Origin: a bacterium
GTDB lineage: Bacteria > Patescibacteriota > Minisyncoccia > UBA6257 > UBA9933
Assembly (NCBI GenBank): GCA_030693235.1
Contig: JAUYBE010000016.1
Location: 35,917-99,916 of the forward strand
Length of the DNA: 64,000 nt
Reading direction: 5' to 3'
In this document: in pieces, positions 1 through 9,682 of the stretch
How positions within the stretch are numbered: the first letter of the stretch is position 1
Layout: every line of letters begins with the position of its first letter
Notes under the pieces: model-generated
The model's database searches: none
Seen by the model: only the letters and a program-made list of their open reading frames with translations
What the model was told of the DNA's origin: nothing
Program-made: the position numbers and the translations under genes

Positions 1-146
1 GCAATATCTTGGCTGATTTTTTTAACCTTATCCCACCACAACTGATCAGCCGGCAAAATATCATGCATGCCCTTAAGAGACTGGAATAACATCTTCGCTT
101 TCTTTTCTATTTTTATACTCTTTGCGCGCTTGGAGAATTTTGGCAT
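1..146 (-). CDS. hisS: Histidine--tRNA ligase, N-terminal part (runs off window)
   Basis: Manual translation MPKFSKRAK...FQSLKGMHDILPADQLWWDKV matches the HisS N-terminal KGMxDILP motif. Confidence 0.8.
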   Translation of the reverse strand, partial: MPKFSKRAKSIKIEKKAKMLFQSLKGMHDILPADQLWWDKVKKISQDI

Positions 147-156
147 AATCTAAAAA

Positions 157-250
157 TTATCCTAATTAACCTAATTATTCTAATTGACCTAAATAAATCT
201 CAAACCCCAATAACCAAAATTTATTGATTAGAATAATTAGAATAATTTTG
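157..250. repeat. Inverted array of 9-nt CTAATT(AAC/ATT/GAC) units (family K)
   Basis: cctaattaacctaattattctaattgacctaaataaatc followed by the complementary arm gattagaataattagaataatt; near-identical copy at 63325-63371. Confidence 0.7.
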
Positions 251-796
251 GTAACTTGGTTTCTCAAATGCCATAACTTTGTTAAAAGGCCAAAGCCGCA
301 ATCTAACCATACCGACGATTTCGTTTTTAGAGAGACTTCCCCAGCTCCGAGAATCATAACTGTAATTACGATTGTCGCCCAACATAAAATATTCGTTGTC
401 TTTCAAAACAATTTCCTCATTTCCCGAAGTTTTTGTCGTAGAGGGTAAATAATTTTCTCCGATTGCAAAACCTTCCGGATATTCTTTATTAAAAACAACT
501 ATTCCGCCGTTTTTAATCGCCAATTTTTCGCCCGGCAACCCGATAATTCTTTTGATGTAATAAACTCTTTCATCGCCGGGATAGTGGAAAACCGCCACCT
601 CGCCCCTTTGGGGCTCCCGAAAACGATAGCTGATTTCGTCAATTAAAAGATAATCGCCGGAAGAAAAATTCGGCTCCATCGAGGCGCCGCTCACCAAAAA
701 AGGCTGGATTAAAAAATTACGAATAATAAGAACGGCGATTACCGCCACTAAAACAACTTCAAAAATTTCCCAAAGAGAGTAAAGAAAAGATTTCAT
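221..796 (-). CDS. lepB: Signal peptidase I
   Basis: SGASMEP, YIKRIIGLPGE and GDNRNYSYDSR motifs. Confidence 0.95.
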   Translation of the reverse strand: MKSFLYSLWEIFEVVLVAVIAVLIIRNFLIQPFLVSGASMEPNFSSGDYLLIDEISYRFREPQRGEVAVFHYPGDERVYYIKRIIGLPGEKLAIKNGGIVVFNKEYPEGFAIGENYLPSTTKTSGNEEIVLKDNEYFMLGDNRNYSYDSRSWGSLSKNEIVGMVRLRLWPFNKVMAFEKPSYQNYSNYSNQ

Positions 797-837
797 AGAA
801 TTTACGAATATACAAATTTATATTATAATCAAATTTT

Positions 838-1497
838 ATGGAAGTCAAACCCCGCTTTATTATCGGCTTGGGCAACCCCGGCAAAGAATACGAAAAGACA
901 TACCATAGTGTCGGATTTTTGGCTGTTGATTTTTTAATTGCTCTGTCATTGCGAGAAGCAGGTAAAAATGGTCATTGCGAGGAGCGGAGCGACGAAGCAA
1001 TCTTTACGAGATTGCCTCGCCTTCGGCTCGCAATGACTGGGATTGCTTCGCCCCTTTTGGGGGCTCGCAATGACAAAACGTTCGCAACGACGCCCTTACT
1101 AAAAAGCGACACCTATATGAATCAATCCGGAAATTTTGTAAAAGCAACGCTTAAGAAATATAAGGCCAAGCCCGAAGAAATTTTAATCGCCCATGACGAT
1201 TCGGACATTGAACTGGGAAAATATAAAATTTCTTTCGGTCGAGGTTCAGCCGGCCATCGGGGCGTGGAATCCATTATAAAATCACTTGGCACTAAAAATT
1301 TTTGGCGACTCAGAATCGGGATTGGACGGACTACAAACTACAAACAACAAACAACGCAAAAAAAAATAAAAGCTAAAGATTTCGTTTTGAAAAAAATCAG
1401 CAAAAATGATTTAAAAGTTTTTAAGAAAGTTTTTCAAGGTGTCATTGCAAGTGATTTGTCATTGCGAGCCCCTGGAAGAGGCGAAGCAATCTTATAG
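838..1497 (+). CDS. pth: Peptidyl-tRNA hydrolase carrying repeat-derived segments
   Basis: GLGNPG, YMNQSG, HDDSD, GSAGHRG and RLRIGIG motifs. Confidence 0.92.
   Translation: MEVKPRFIIGLGNPGKEYEKTYHSVGFLAVDFLIALSLREAGKNGHCEERSDEAIFTRLPRLRLAMTGIASPLLGARNDKTFATTPLLKSDTYMNQSGNFVKATLKKYKAKPEEILIAHDDSDIELGKYKISFGRGSAGHRGVESIIKSLGTKNFWRLRIGIGRTTNYKQQTTQKKIKAKDFVLKKISKNDLKVFKKVFQGVIASDLSLRAPGRGEAIL
945..1091. repeat. Nested palindromic repeat GTCATTGCGAG...CTCGCAATGAC (family A), in frame in pth
   Basis: Left arms at 945 and 971; right arms at 1027, 1064 and a degenerate one at 1082. Confidence 0.9.
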
Positions 1498-1575
1498 AGA
1501 TTGCCACGAACGCCTGCGGCGTTCTCGCAACGACACTTCGTGTCGGATTGCTTCGGGCTACGCCCTCGCAATGAC
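1441..1575. repeat. Second nested family A palindrome over the pth stop codon
   Basis: gtcattgcaa/gtcattgcgag...gaagcaatc...gattgc...ctcgcaacgac/ctcgcaatgac. Confidence 0.9.
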
Positions 1576-1585
1576 AATAATTAAT

Positions 1586-2848
1586 ATGACAAAATTTAAA
1601 ACAGCGATAATTATTCTGGGAGACATAACAATACTCTATCTTTCTTTAATTTTGACCCTGATTATCCGTTATGGTCAGGATTCTTTCAAAGAGCCTCTCG
1701 CCGCTCACTTAAAACCATTTTCATTGATTTTCCTCGTCTGGATACTGATTTTTTACCTTTTTGACCTTTATAAAGATAGACAATTCAGGATTAGCTTTGA
1801 AACAATTCGGATACTAATTTTGGCGATTTCCACAAGCGTCATCGCTTCGGTTATTTTCTTCTATCTTTTCCCATCGCTTTTCAAACTCACGCCTAAAACC
1901 AATCTGGCGATTTTCGCCTTAATTTTCGGCATTTCAGACATTCTTTGGCGATTTATCCTGATTAAAATCTATGTTTCCGGCGGCTTTAAAAACCGACTGC
2001 AAATTATCGGCGATTCGCCGATAATCAATGAAATTGTCGATTATTTGAAAAACAATCCCCAACTCGGCTATGACCTCAAAAATAATCAAGCGGACACCAT
2101 TGTTATTCAATCGCATCTCAAAAAAAATCCGGAATTCATCAAAACGATCTATCAATTGCTTCCGAAAAAAATCGCTGTGATTGACTTAATAACGTTTTAC
2201 GAAACTATTTTTCAAAAAGTGCCACTGGAAGAGCTTGAAGAGGGTTGGTTTATTGAAAAAATAACCACTTATCGAAATTTTTACGACGCCGCCAAAAGAA
2301 CAATCGATTTCTGTTTGGCGCTGTTTTTAAATATTATTTTTCTGCCGCTAATCCTTATTATCGCTCTTCTGATAAAATCAACTTCCAAGGGGCCTATAAT
2401 TTTCAAACAAGAAAGAACCGGCGTCGATAACAAACCTTTTATCCTTTTTAAATTCAGAACTATGAAAATCAACGAGCCCGGCCCTCTTTGGACCGATAAA
2501 AACGACAAACGCCTGACTCGAATAGGCAAAATCCTCCGCTACACTCATCTGGATGAACTCCCTCAAGTGTATAACATTTTTAAAGGAGAAATGTCTTTTA
2601 TCGGACCACGGGCGGAAAGAAAAGAACTGACCGAGCTTTACAGTCAAATCCCCTATTATGAAATCCGCCACATCATAAAACCGGGTCTTACCGGCTGGGC
2701 GCAAGTCAATTACAAGCCCAGCGCCTCGGTTAAAGAAGCGGCTGAAAAACTGCAGTATGACATTTATTACATCAAAAACCGCTCGCTGATTCTTGATTTT
2801 CTAATTCTTCTTAAAACTATTAAATATCTATTCGTATCGTTAAAATGA
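1586..2848 (+). CDS. Priming sugar transferase (polyprenyl glycosylphosphotransferase)
   Basis: KFRTM, LDELPQ, GEMSFIGPR and KPGLTGWAQV motifs; start moved to ATG 1586 because the upstream extension is repeat-derived. Confidence 0.9.
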   Translation: MTKFKTAIIILGDITILYLSLILTLIIRYGQDSFKEPLAAHLKPFSLIFLVWILIFYLFDLYKDRQFRISFETIRILILAISTSVIASVIFFYLFPSLFKLTPKTNLAIFALIFGISDILWRFILIKIYVSGGFKNRLQIIGDSPIINEIVDYLKNNPQLGYDLKNNQADTIVIQSHLKKNPEFIKTIYQLLPKKIAVIDLITFYETIFQKVPLEELEEGWFIEKITTYRNFYDAAKRTIDFCLALFLNIIFLPLILIIALLIKSTSKGPIIFKQERTGVDNKPFILFKFRTMKINEPGPLWTDKNDKRLTRIGKILRYTHLDELPQVYNIFKGEMSFIGPRAERKELTELYSQIPYYEIRHIIKPGLTGWAQVNYKPSASVKEAAEKLQYDIYYIKNRSLILDFLILLKTIKYLFVSLK

Positions 2849-4314
2849 TCACCCGCTTAAAAGAACTGCTTTTCCAAAACCGCGGCGCTAAACAAACAAT
2901 CGTAAAAAATGTTTTTTGGCTAAGCGTCGGACAAATTGGGAGCCGCCTGATAAGAGCGGCTATTATAATTTACGCGGCGCGGATTTTAGGCGCGGCTGAA
3001 TACGGAATTTTTTCCTATATTATAGGATTAGCGGGGTTTTTCACGATTTTCGCGGACCTGGGCATAAGCCCGCTAATGACGCGCGAAATCGCCAGCCACC
3101 CGGAAAAACGTTCAATCTATTTTGCCAACGCTCTGCGGATCAAAGCCGTCTTAATTTCCATTACCGCCGCCTTGATTGTTTTTGTCGCCCCGAAATTTTC
3201 AAACATTGAAGAAGCGATTGCTTTACTGCCATTTGTCGCTCTGCTTGTTATTTTTGATAATTTACGGGATTTTATTTTCGCTTATTTCCGAGGAATTGAA
3301 AAGATGGAACGAGAAGCTTTTCTGACGGTGATTATGAACGCGACAATCGCTTTAACCGGTTTTATAATTTTGTATTTCTATAAAACCACCGGCGCTTTGC
3401 TGTTTTCATATATCGCCAGCGTGGCCATTTTAAGCATTGTCTCTTTTTATTTCATTAAAGATTTAATCAAGGGCATATTTAAAAATTTTGACAAAATGAT
3501 TTTTAAACAATTCATCCGCGATTGCTGGCCATTAGCTTTTACGGGATTATTCGGAATTTTTATGCTGAATATTGATATTGTAATGCTCGGCTGGTGGCGG
3601 ACGCCGGAAGAAATCGGCTATTATTCAGCCAGCCAGCGCATTGTCCAGATACTTTATACCTTACCGGCAATACTCGCCGGCGCGGCCTTTCCGGCGATGA
3701 CGCGTTTTATCAAACAAAACGAATTGATCCGAGCGCGTAATTTAAACGAAAAATCAATGACTTTTTTATATCTTATCGCCGTTCCTTTGGCGATTGGAGG
3801 AGTTATTTTAAGCAGTCCTCTTATAGAATTTATTTTCGGAAAAGCGTATTTACCGGCGGCCATATCGTTTCAAATATTAATTACTACCGTACTTATACAA
3901 TTCCCGGGCGCCATTTTCAGCAATTTAATAATGGCGCACAATCAACAAAAAAAATTCATTAAATATGTGGCTATCGGCTCATTTAGTAATGTGTTTTTCA
4001 ACACTTTGCTTATCCCTTTGTATGGCATTAGCGGCTCGGCAATCGCCACTCTTATTTCACAATTTGCTTATTTTGCGCCGGTTTGGGTTAAAATAAAACA
4101 AATTAGCGACTTTAAAACTATTCGCCACTTAAAAAAAATAATCGTTGCCGGAGTTGTTATGGGAATATTCGGATATTTCTTGAACCGCTTTTTCGGATTG
4201 AACGTCCTTATTAACATAATTCTCTCCGCCATAATTTATTTCGGAATTCTTTATTTACTCAAAGAAAATATTTTAGAAGAATTAAAATCGCTTTTATCAA
4301 GAGCCAAAAAATAA
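2845..4314 (+). CDS. wzx: Wzx-type oligosaccharide flippase
   Basis: Many TM segments; ARILGAAEYG, DLG and DIVMLG...IGYYSA motifs. Confidence 0.88.
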   Translation: MITRLKELLFQNRGAKQTIVKNVFWLSVGQIGSRLIRAAIIIYAARILGAAEYGIFSYIIGLAGFFTIFADLGISPLMTREIASHPEKRSIYFANALRIKAVLISITAALIVFVAPKFSNIEEAIALLPFVALLVIFDNLRDFIFAYFRGIEKMEREAFLTVIMNATIALTGFIILYFYKTTGALLFSYIASVAILSIVSFYFIKDLIKGIFKNFDKMIFKQFIRDCWPLAFTGLFGIFMLNIDIVMLGWWRTPEEIGYYSASQRIVQILYTLPAILAGAAFPAMTRFIKQNELIRARNLNEKSMTFLYLIAVPLAIGGVILSSPLIEFIFGKAYLPAAISFQILITTVLIQFPGAIFSNLIMAHNQQKKFIKYVAIGSFSNVFFNTLLIPLYGISGSAIATLISQFAYFAPVWVKIKQISDFKTIRHLKKIIVAGVVMGIFGYFLNRFFGLNVLINIILSAIIYFGILYLLKENILEELKSLLSRAKK

Positions 4315-5526
4315 CTTTTCTAATTTATTCAAAATCACGTCAACGGCTAAATTTTCAGAAGCATATTTAAAGCCGTTTTCTCCTATTTCTTTTAATCTAT
4401 CTTTCTCCGCGTAAATCTTGCGCGTTATTTTCTCGGCTTCTTCTAAATCATCTGACTTTACGGCATATCCGCATCCCACTTCATTTAATACGGCGAATCC
4501 ATCGCTTTCTTTATTTAAAAAAGCGATAATCGGCTTACCGGCCGCCATATACCCTAAAATTTTCCCCGGCACGAAAGATGTCTTGTTTTTGCTATTTAAA
4601 CAAACCATACCGACATCACTGTCTTTGACCAAATAAGGGTACTCCTCTTTTGAAACAAATGGCTTAATAACGATATTTTTAAGCGAATGTTTATTTATAA
4701 ATTCTTCAATTTTCGGCTTTTCGCTCCCGTCGCCGACCAATAAAAACACCAAATCCTTTAAATCCGCGACTTTTTGCGCAACTTCGCAAACAAATTCCAA
4801 ACCCTGAGCCGGCCCCATAATGCCGCCGAAAAGAATTATAAACTTGCTTTCTAATCCGTATTTTTTCCTAAAAGAAATATCTTTTGTTAAATTTTTGAAC
4901 GGTTCAATGTCAATCCAATTATGCAAAGTAACGATTTTTTCTTCGGGAACGCCTTTTTTCTCAATTAAAAATTTGCGGCCGCCTTCGGAATGAAAAGTGA
5001 TTTTGTCCGCTTCTTTGTAAACTTTTTTCTCTATCCGCTCGAAAAGCCAAACAGCCGGCTTATGTTTCCATCCCTTAAGCACCCCCAAATCAATGGCGTT
5101 CTGAGGAAAAATATCTTGAATGTTTAAAATGAATTTTGCGCCATAATAACGCTTAATCATTCCGCCGACCAAAGCCAATGGCAAGGGAGGACTATAGACA
5201 ATCACAACGTCCAGCTTTTCTCGAATATATTTTTTTATTTTAAAAAAAAACAAAAAAGGCAGAAAAAGCTGCGAAACGCCTCTGATGATAAAATTTACCT
5301 TTTTTAAAGGAAGCGTCTTAATTCTGATTATTTTAATGCCGGCCTCGTCGGAAAACAATTCAAATTTCTGGCCTTCCAACTCTTTCGGCAAATAATATTT
5401 TGGATAAGCAGTGGCGACCAAAATATTATGGCCGCGCTTTTTAAGGCCTTCGGCAAGCTCCTTCATTAAATTAGCGGCCGAAGAAACTTCCGGAGGATAA
5501 ACATCGGCGACAACAAGAATATTCAT
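4297..5526 (-). CDS. GT4 glycosyltransferase, WbuB/Cap5L-like (L-FucNAc transferase)
   Basis: YPPE, SPPL, QDIFP, AQGL and PGKILGYMAAGKP motifs; adjacent to fnl genes. Confidence 0.85.
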   Translation of the reverse strand: MNILVVADVYPPEVSSAANLMKELAEGLKKRGHNILVATAYPKYYLPKELEGQKFELFSDEAGIKIIRIKTLPLKKVNFIIRGVSQLFLPFLFFFKIKKYIREKLDVVIVYSPPLPLALVGGMIKRYYGAKFILNIQDIFPQNAIDLGVLKGWKHKPAVWLFERIEKKVYKEADKITFHSEGGRKFLIEKKGVPEEKIVTLHNWIDIEPFKNLTKDISFRKKYGLESKFIILFGGIMGPAQGLEFVCEVAQKVADLKDLVFLLVGDGSEKPKIEEFINKHSLKNIVIKPFVSKEEYPYLVKDSDVGMVCLNSKNKTSFVPGKILGYMAAGKPIIAFLNKESDGFAVLNEVGCGYAVKSDDLEEAEKITRKIYAEKDRLKEIGENGFKYASENLAVDVILNKLEKLFFGS

Positions 5527-6656
5527 TCGCGTCTTTTTTGAATAATTTTAGTTAAACCGACAATCAGCCGCAAAACCTTGCCGGAAACATTAGTATCGCG
5601 ATAATTTCTTGGCACATTGAATTTTTCGCCTGCTTTTAATTGTTTAGTTGTGATTTCAATTGCTTGTAAAATAATATTTTTATCCAAGCCCGACAAAATT
5701 AAAACTCCTTCATCAAACGCTTCGGGCCGTTCCGAACTTTCCCTTACCTGAACTGCCGGAAAACCTATAAGCGACGATTCTTCCTGAATCGTGCCGCTAT
5801 CGGACAAAACACAAAAAGCGTTTTTCTGCAAACTAACATAATCGAAATATCCGAATGGTTTATGAAAATTTATCAATTTATTCGCTTTAAACCCATATTC
5901 TTTTAATCTGCCGGCGGTTCTCGGATGAGTGCTTACCATAATCGGCATTTTATAAGTTTCCGCCACGGCATTTAATGAATTAATAAGTTTTTCCAAAGAT
6001 TCTTTTGCGTCCACGTTTTCTTCCCTGTGGATGCTAGCCACAAAATATTTTCCCTTGATTAATTTCAATTCATTCAAAATTTTTGATTTATCAATGTCTT
6101 TTTCATAGTAATCTAAAACTTCAGCCATTGGCGAACCGGTAACATAAATTGTTCCCGGATGAATACCTTCACGAATCAAATATATCCGGGCATTTTCGCT
6201 GTAGGGCAAATTTATATCGCTTATGTGGTCAACAATGCGGCGGTTTATTTCTTCCGGAACATTCTCGTCAAAACATCTGTTGCCGGCTTCCATATGGAAT
6301 ATCGGTATTTTCATTCTTTTAGCGATAATCGCCGAAAGAGCGCTGTTTGTATCTCCCAAAATCAAAATCGCGTCCGGCATTTCTTTTTGCAAAACTTCTT
6401 CGCTTTTTGAAATTATGTTGGCAATCTGGCCTCCCAAAGTTTCGGATTTCACTTCTAGAAAATAATCCGGCTTACGGATTTTTAGATTTTCAAAAAAAAC
6501 TTTATTTAATTCATAATCGTAGCTCTGCCCCGTATGGACCATAATATGATTTACATATTGGTCCAACTTCGCCAAAATCCGCGAAAGCCGAATAATTTCC
6601 GGCCGCGTGCCGAAAATCGTCATTATTTTCAATTTATTTATTTTATTGTTTTTCAT
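5523..6656 (-). CDS. fnlC: Non-hydrolysing UDP-HexNAc 2-epimerase (FnlC/CapG-like)
   Basis: GTRPEIIRLS, HMEAGNRCFD and SDSGT motifs. Confidence 0.9.
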   Translation of the reverse strand: MKNNKINKLKIMTIFGTRPEIIRLSRILAKLDQYVNHIMVHTGQSYDYELNKVFFENLKIRKPDYFLEVKSETLGGQIANIISKSEEVLQKEMPDAILILGDTNSALSAIIAKRMKIPIFHMEAGNRCFDENVPEEINRRIVDHISDINLPYSENARIYLIREGIHPGTIYVTGSPMAEVLDYYEKDIDKSKILNELKLIKGKYFVASIHREENVDAKESLEKLINSLNAVAETYKMPIMVSTHPRTAGRLKEYGFKANKLINFHKPFGYFDYVSLQKNAFCVLSDSGTIQEESSLIGFPAVQVRESSERPEAFDEGVLILSGLDKNIILQAIEITTKQLKAGEKFNVPRNYRDTNVSGKVLRLIVGLTKIIQKRRE

Positions 6657-6658
6657 AT

Positions 6659-7030
6659 TTAAACCTCTTCAAAAAATGTATCAGGATCGTTTAGATTATA
6701 AATTTCGCTAATCCAAATTAAAAGCTTCATTTCTATATCGCCGATGTTTTGAATATTATGCGTCCAATTTAATTTCATTTCAACCAATTCCGGCGCGTTG
6801 CCGGAAACGATTTTTTCTTCAATTTCATTCGTCTCGCGGTTTCTTTGGCGAATTTTCGCTTCGCCTTCAATCACGCAAAAAATCTCTTTCTTTCTTATAT
6901 GATAATGATTCCCTCTGACTACTCCGGGTTTTGTTGTTGAATAAGAAACCTGACCAAACCCAGGTATTTTAAACACTTCAATGAAACTTCCTCTTTCGTC
7001 GCTTTTTATTTCCAATTTTTTATTTTCCAT
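6659..7030 (-). CDS. Cupin domain equivalent to the C-terminal half of CapF/FnlB
   Basis: DERGSF, TKPGVVRGNHYH, THNIQN and DPDT motifs; likely start MENKK at 7030. Confidence 0.8.
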   Translation of the reverse strand: MENKKLEIKSDERGSFIEVFKIPGFGQVSYSTTKPGVVRGNHYHIRKKEIFCVIEGEAKIRQRNRETNEIEEKIVSGNAPELVEMKLNWTHNIQNIGDIEMKLLIWISEIYNLNDPDTFFEEV

Positions 7031-7069
7031 TTTTATATGACAAATCCCACACATAATTTGCGATATAAA

Positions 7070-7801
7070 TTATGTATGGGATAAATAAGTTTTGTACAAG
7101 TCTTTATGAAACTTTGATTTTAATTTCGGTTTATTTTTAAAACTTTGCATAAGTTTTGCTAAATTACCGACAGAAATTTCATTTTTTAAATTAACTCTTT
7201 TAAAATAAAAAGGATTTTTTCTATATTTCTTTATCTCTTCTATAATAATTTCTATGACATCGCCGACATAAATAAGATTAATTTTTTTATTTCTGCTTTC
7301 CGGATTTATTGTCAATTCTTTATTATTGGCGATTTGATGACAAAAAGTAGCGACAACGGAATTATAAAACGGTTTACAGCCCTCGCCAAAAACATTGGTT
7401 AATCTGAAAATCGCAACCGGTATTTTAGTCCGCCTAGAAAAATCCTCAAGCATTATTTCCGCCAGCCGTTTACTTTTGCCATAAAGCGTATCTGTTTCCG
7501 CCTGAATTGAAGACAAGAAAATCAGCTTTGCCCGACTCTTGTGTTTTTCCATCGCCGAAATCAAATTATAAGTCCCGACTACGCTTCCGGCGACAACTTC
7601 GATATCGGTTCCCCTGTTAATTGCCGCCGCATGAATTATTACGTTTTTATCTTTAACAAATTCCTTTAACGAATCCTCCTTTAAAATATCACAATCGGGC
7701 ATGTCGCAGCAAAACACCTTTATATTTTTTTTGTTTTTAAAAGTCTCTACTAAATGTTTTCCGATAAATCCGCGACCGCCTGTAATGCCAGTTTTAATCA
7801 T
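7070..7801 (-). CDS. NAD(P)-dependent reductase equivalent to the N-terminal half of CapF/FnlB
   Basis: TGGRGFIG, SSIQA, YGKSK and NVFG...YNSVVATFC motifs. Confidence 0.82.
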   Translation of the reverse strand: MIKTGITGGRGFIGKHLVETFKNKKNIKVFCCDMPDCDILKEDSLKEFVKDKNVIIHAAAINRGTDIEVVAGSVVGTYNLISAMEKHKSRAKLIFLSSIQAETDTLYGKSKRLAEIMLEDFSRRTKIPVAIFRLTNVFGEGCKPFYNSVVATFCHQIANNKELTINPESRNKKINLIYVGDVIEIIIEEIKKYRKNPFYFKRVNLKNEISVGNLAKLMQSFKNKPKLKSKFHKDLYKTYLSHT

Positions 7802-7802
7802 T

Positions 7803-8837
7803 TTATCGTTTAAAATTTTTCAATTCCTCTTTTATTTCGTCAAGCGAAAGAAGCAACTCTTTTGTTTCGTCATTGGATAATCTTTTGGTATTAGCCGAAG
7901 TATAACCTTCGTGCGGCAAATGATTATTTTTCTGCCCCTTAGAATAATAATTTTTATAGTCCATTTCCGGAACTTCCGGCATTATTTTATAATAATCGCC
8001 GCAATCTTCTGCTCGAAAAGTTTCCTCGCTGGAAATCAAAGTTTCATGCATTTTTTCGCCCGGTCGGATGCCGATTTCTTGAATTCCTTTATTATAATTA
8101 AAAATTTCCACTAAAACTTCGGCCAAATCGCCGACAGTGGCGGCAGGCGCCTTTCTGACATAAATTTCTCCGTCTTTACCGTTGAGCATCACGTATAAAA
8201 CCAAATCCACGGAATGAGCTAATGGCATCATAAAGCGAGTCATATTTTTGTCAGTAATCGTCAATGGCTTGCCGGCTTTCATTAAATCAATAAAATAAGG
8301 AATAACTGAGCCGCGAGTATACATCACATTGCCGTAACGCGTGCCGCACAAAACCGTCTTCCCTCTTTTCTCCCGGGAAATAGCAATCATTATTCTTTCC
8401 ATCAACGCCTTTGTCATCCCCATAACGTTTATCGGATAAACCGCCTTGTCCGTGCTTAAAACCACAACTCGCTCTACGCCGCGCTGAATCGCCGCGTCAA
8501 TGACATTATGAGCGCCCAAGCTATTGGTTTTAATCGCTTCCAAAGGAAAAAATTCGCAATTCGGCACCTGTTTAAGAGCGGCCGCGTGAAAAACATAATC
8601 AACGCCGTACATAGCGTGAAAAATAGCATCTCTATCCCGAACATCGCCAATAACAAATCTTAGCCTGTCATCATTGTATTTATTCCCCATATCAAACTGT
8701 TTTTTCTCGTCACGGCTGAAAATAATGATTTTTTTGGGATTATACTGCAACAATTTATCAACCACCGCATTGCCAAAAGAACCCGTGCCACCAGTTATTA
8801 AAATCGTTTTATTTTCTATGGCGTTTTTATAACCCAT
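7803..8837 (-). CDS. fnlA: UDP-GlcNAc 4,6-dehydratase/5-epimerase (FnlA/CapE)
   Basis: GGTGSFG, AAALKQVP, STDKAVYPINVMG and RYGNV motifs. Confidence 0.92.
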   Translation of the reverse strand: MGYKNAIENKTILITGGTGSFGNAVVDKLLQYNPKKIIIFSRDEKKQFDMGNKYNDDRLRFVIGDVRDRDAIFHAMYGVDYVFHAAALKQVPNCEFFPLEAIKTNSLGAHNVIDAAIQRGVERVVVLSTDKAVYPINVMGMTKALMERIMIAISREKRGKTVLCGTRYGNVMYTRGSVIPYFIDLMKAGKPLTITDKNMTRFMMPLAHSVDLVLYVMLNGKDGEIYVRKAPAATVGDLAEVLVEIFNYNKGIQEIGIRPGEKMHETLISSEETFRAEDCGDYYKIMPEVPEMDYKNYYSKGQKNNHLPHEGYTSANTKRLSNDETKELLLSLDEIKEELKNFKR

Positions 8838-8867
8838 ATCTTTATTATATCCGATTATAATTTTATA

Positions 8868-8945
8868 TCAATTTCCGCGAGATTTGGTTTTCGTTTCATA
8901 AATTTTCGCGTCCACCAAAAACCTATACCAAAAACCTTGCAAAAA
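8868..8945 (-). pseudogene. Duplicated 3' end of the GT2 gene at 12817-13707
   Basis: Translates FLQGFWYRFLVDAKIYETKTKSRGN* versus FLQGCWYRFLVDAKLYEAKNKSKQ* in the intact gene. Confidence 0.8.
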
Positions 8946-9084
8946 GTTGTTTTTTTTTATCAATGAATTTCATAAAATTTGACTTTGAATGGTTGGCTGT
9001 TTCTCAATTTTATGCAACGCTTACAGATTTGCAGAAATAATTCCATCAGAGCCCAAATTCAGGATAATCAATCAATTTTAATAC

Positions 9085-9672
9085 TTATCTCAAGAATTTA
9101 AACGAGGCGAGGATTTGGTTGAAAGCGCTCTCATGTCCATAAAATTTTGATGAGCCGCCTATTCCTAATATCACTTTATATTGACCGAGTAGTAAAACAA
9201 CTGCCACCTCAGACAAACTTTCAAATTCATATTCATATTTAATACCGAGCACTCCATCGACAACTATTGTAGACGTAGTTGCCCCTATACTGAGAAATGT
9301 GCGATCAGCGAATTCGGGTAAGACGACGTTGACATCAAAAACTGAGAGGTATTTACCCTCCTTATTCCAATATTCAACTTGGAGATTAAATTTACTATAA
9401 TAACTTCCGAAAGTATTCTCTTGAACAATTAAATCATCAGGGTACTGAAATTCAAATCCATAGTCAGCGTTAGTGTACGTTTTCGTGTTATTCGCACTAC
9501 TTGCTTCAATAGGAAGAGTCAATGATGGTATTACTTGCGGTGCTGAAACTGGAAGCTGATTTTGTGGCAATGGCTTCGGTAATTGTCTGACAAAAATATA
9601 CCCCAAAACTGCAAACACCCCTACAAAAAGGATTGCTGAAATCAACAAATACTTTTTTTTAACAGAGGGCAT
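9085..9672 (-). CDS. Membrane-anchored secreted protein (PsbP-like KTYTN..YGFEFQYP motif)
   Basis: N-terminal TM helix, Pro-rich linker, C-terminal FNQILASFKF. Confidence 0.6.
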   Translation of the reverse strand: MPSVKKKYLLISAILFVGVFAVLGYIFVRQLPKPLPQNQLPVSAPQVIPSLTLPIEASSANNTKTYTNADYGFEFQYPDDLIVQENTFGSYYSKFNLQVEYWNKEGKYLSVFDVNVVLPEFADRTFLSIGATTSTIVVDGVLGIKYEYEFESLSEVAVVLLLGQYKVILGIGGSSKFYGHESAFNQILASFKFLR

Positions 9673-9682
9673 TATTTCGAGT

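Noticed and set aside
1439-1585. 49-aa N-terminal extension of the sugar transferase
   Set aside because: Entirely family A repeat sequence; ATG 1586 gives a normal N-terminus.
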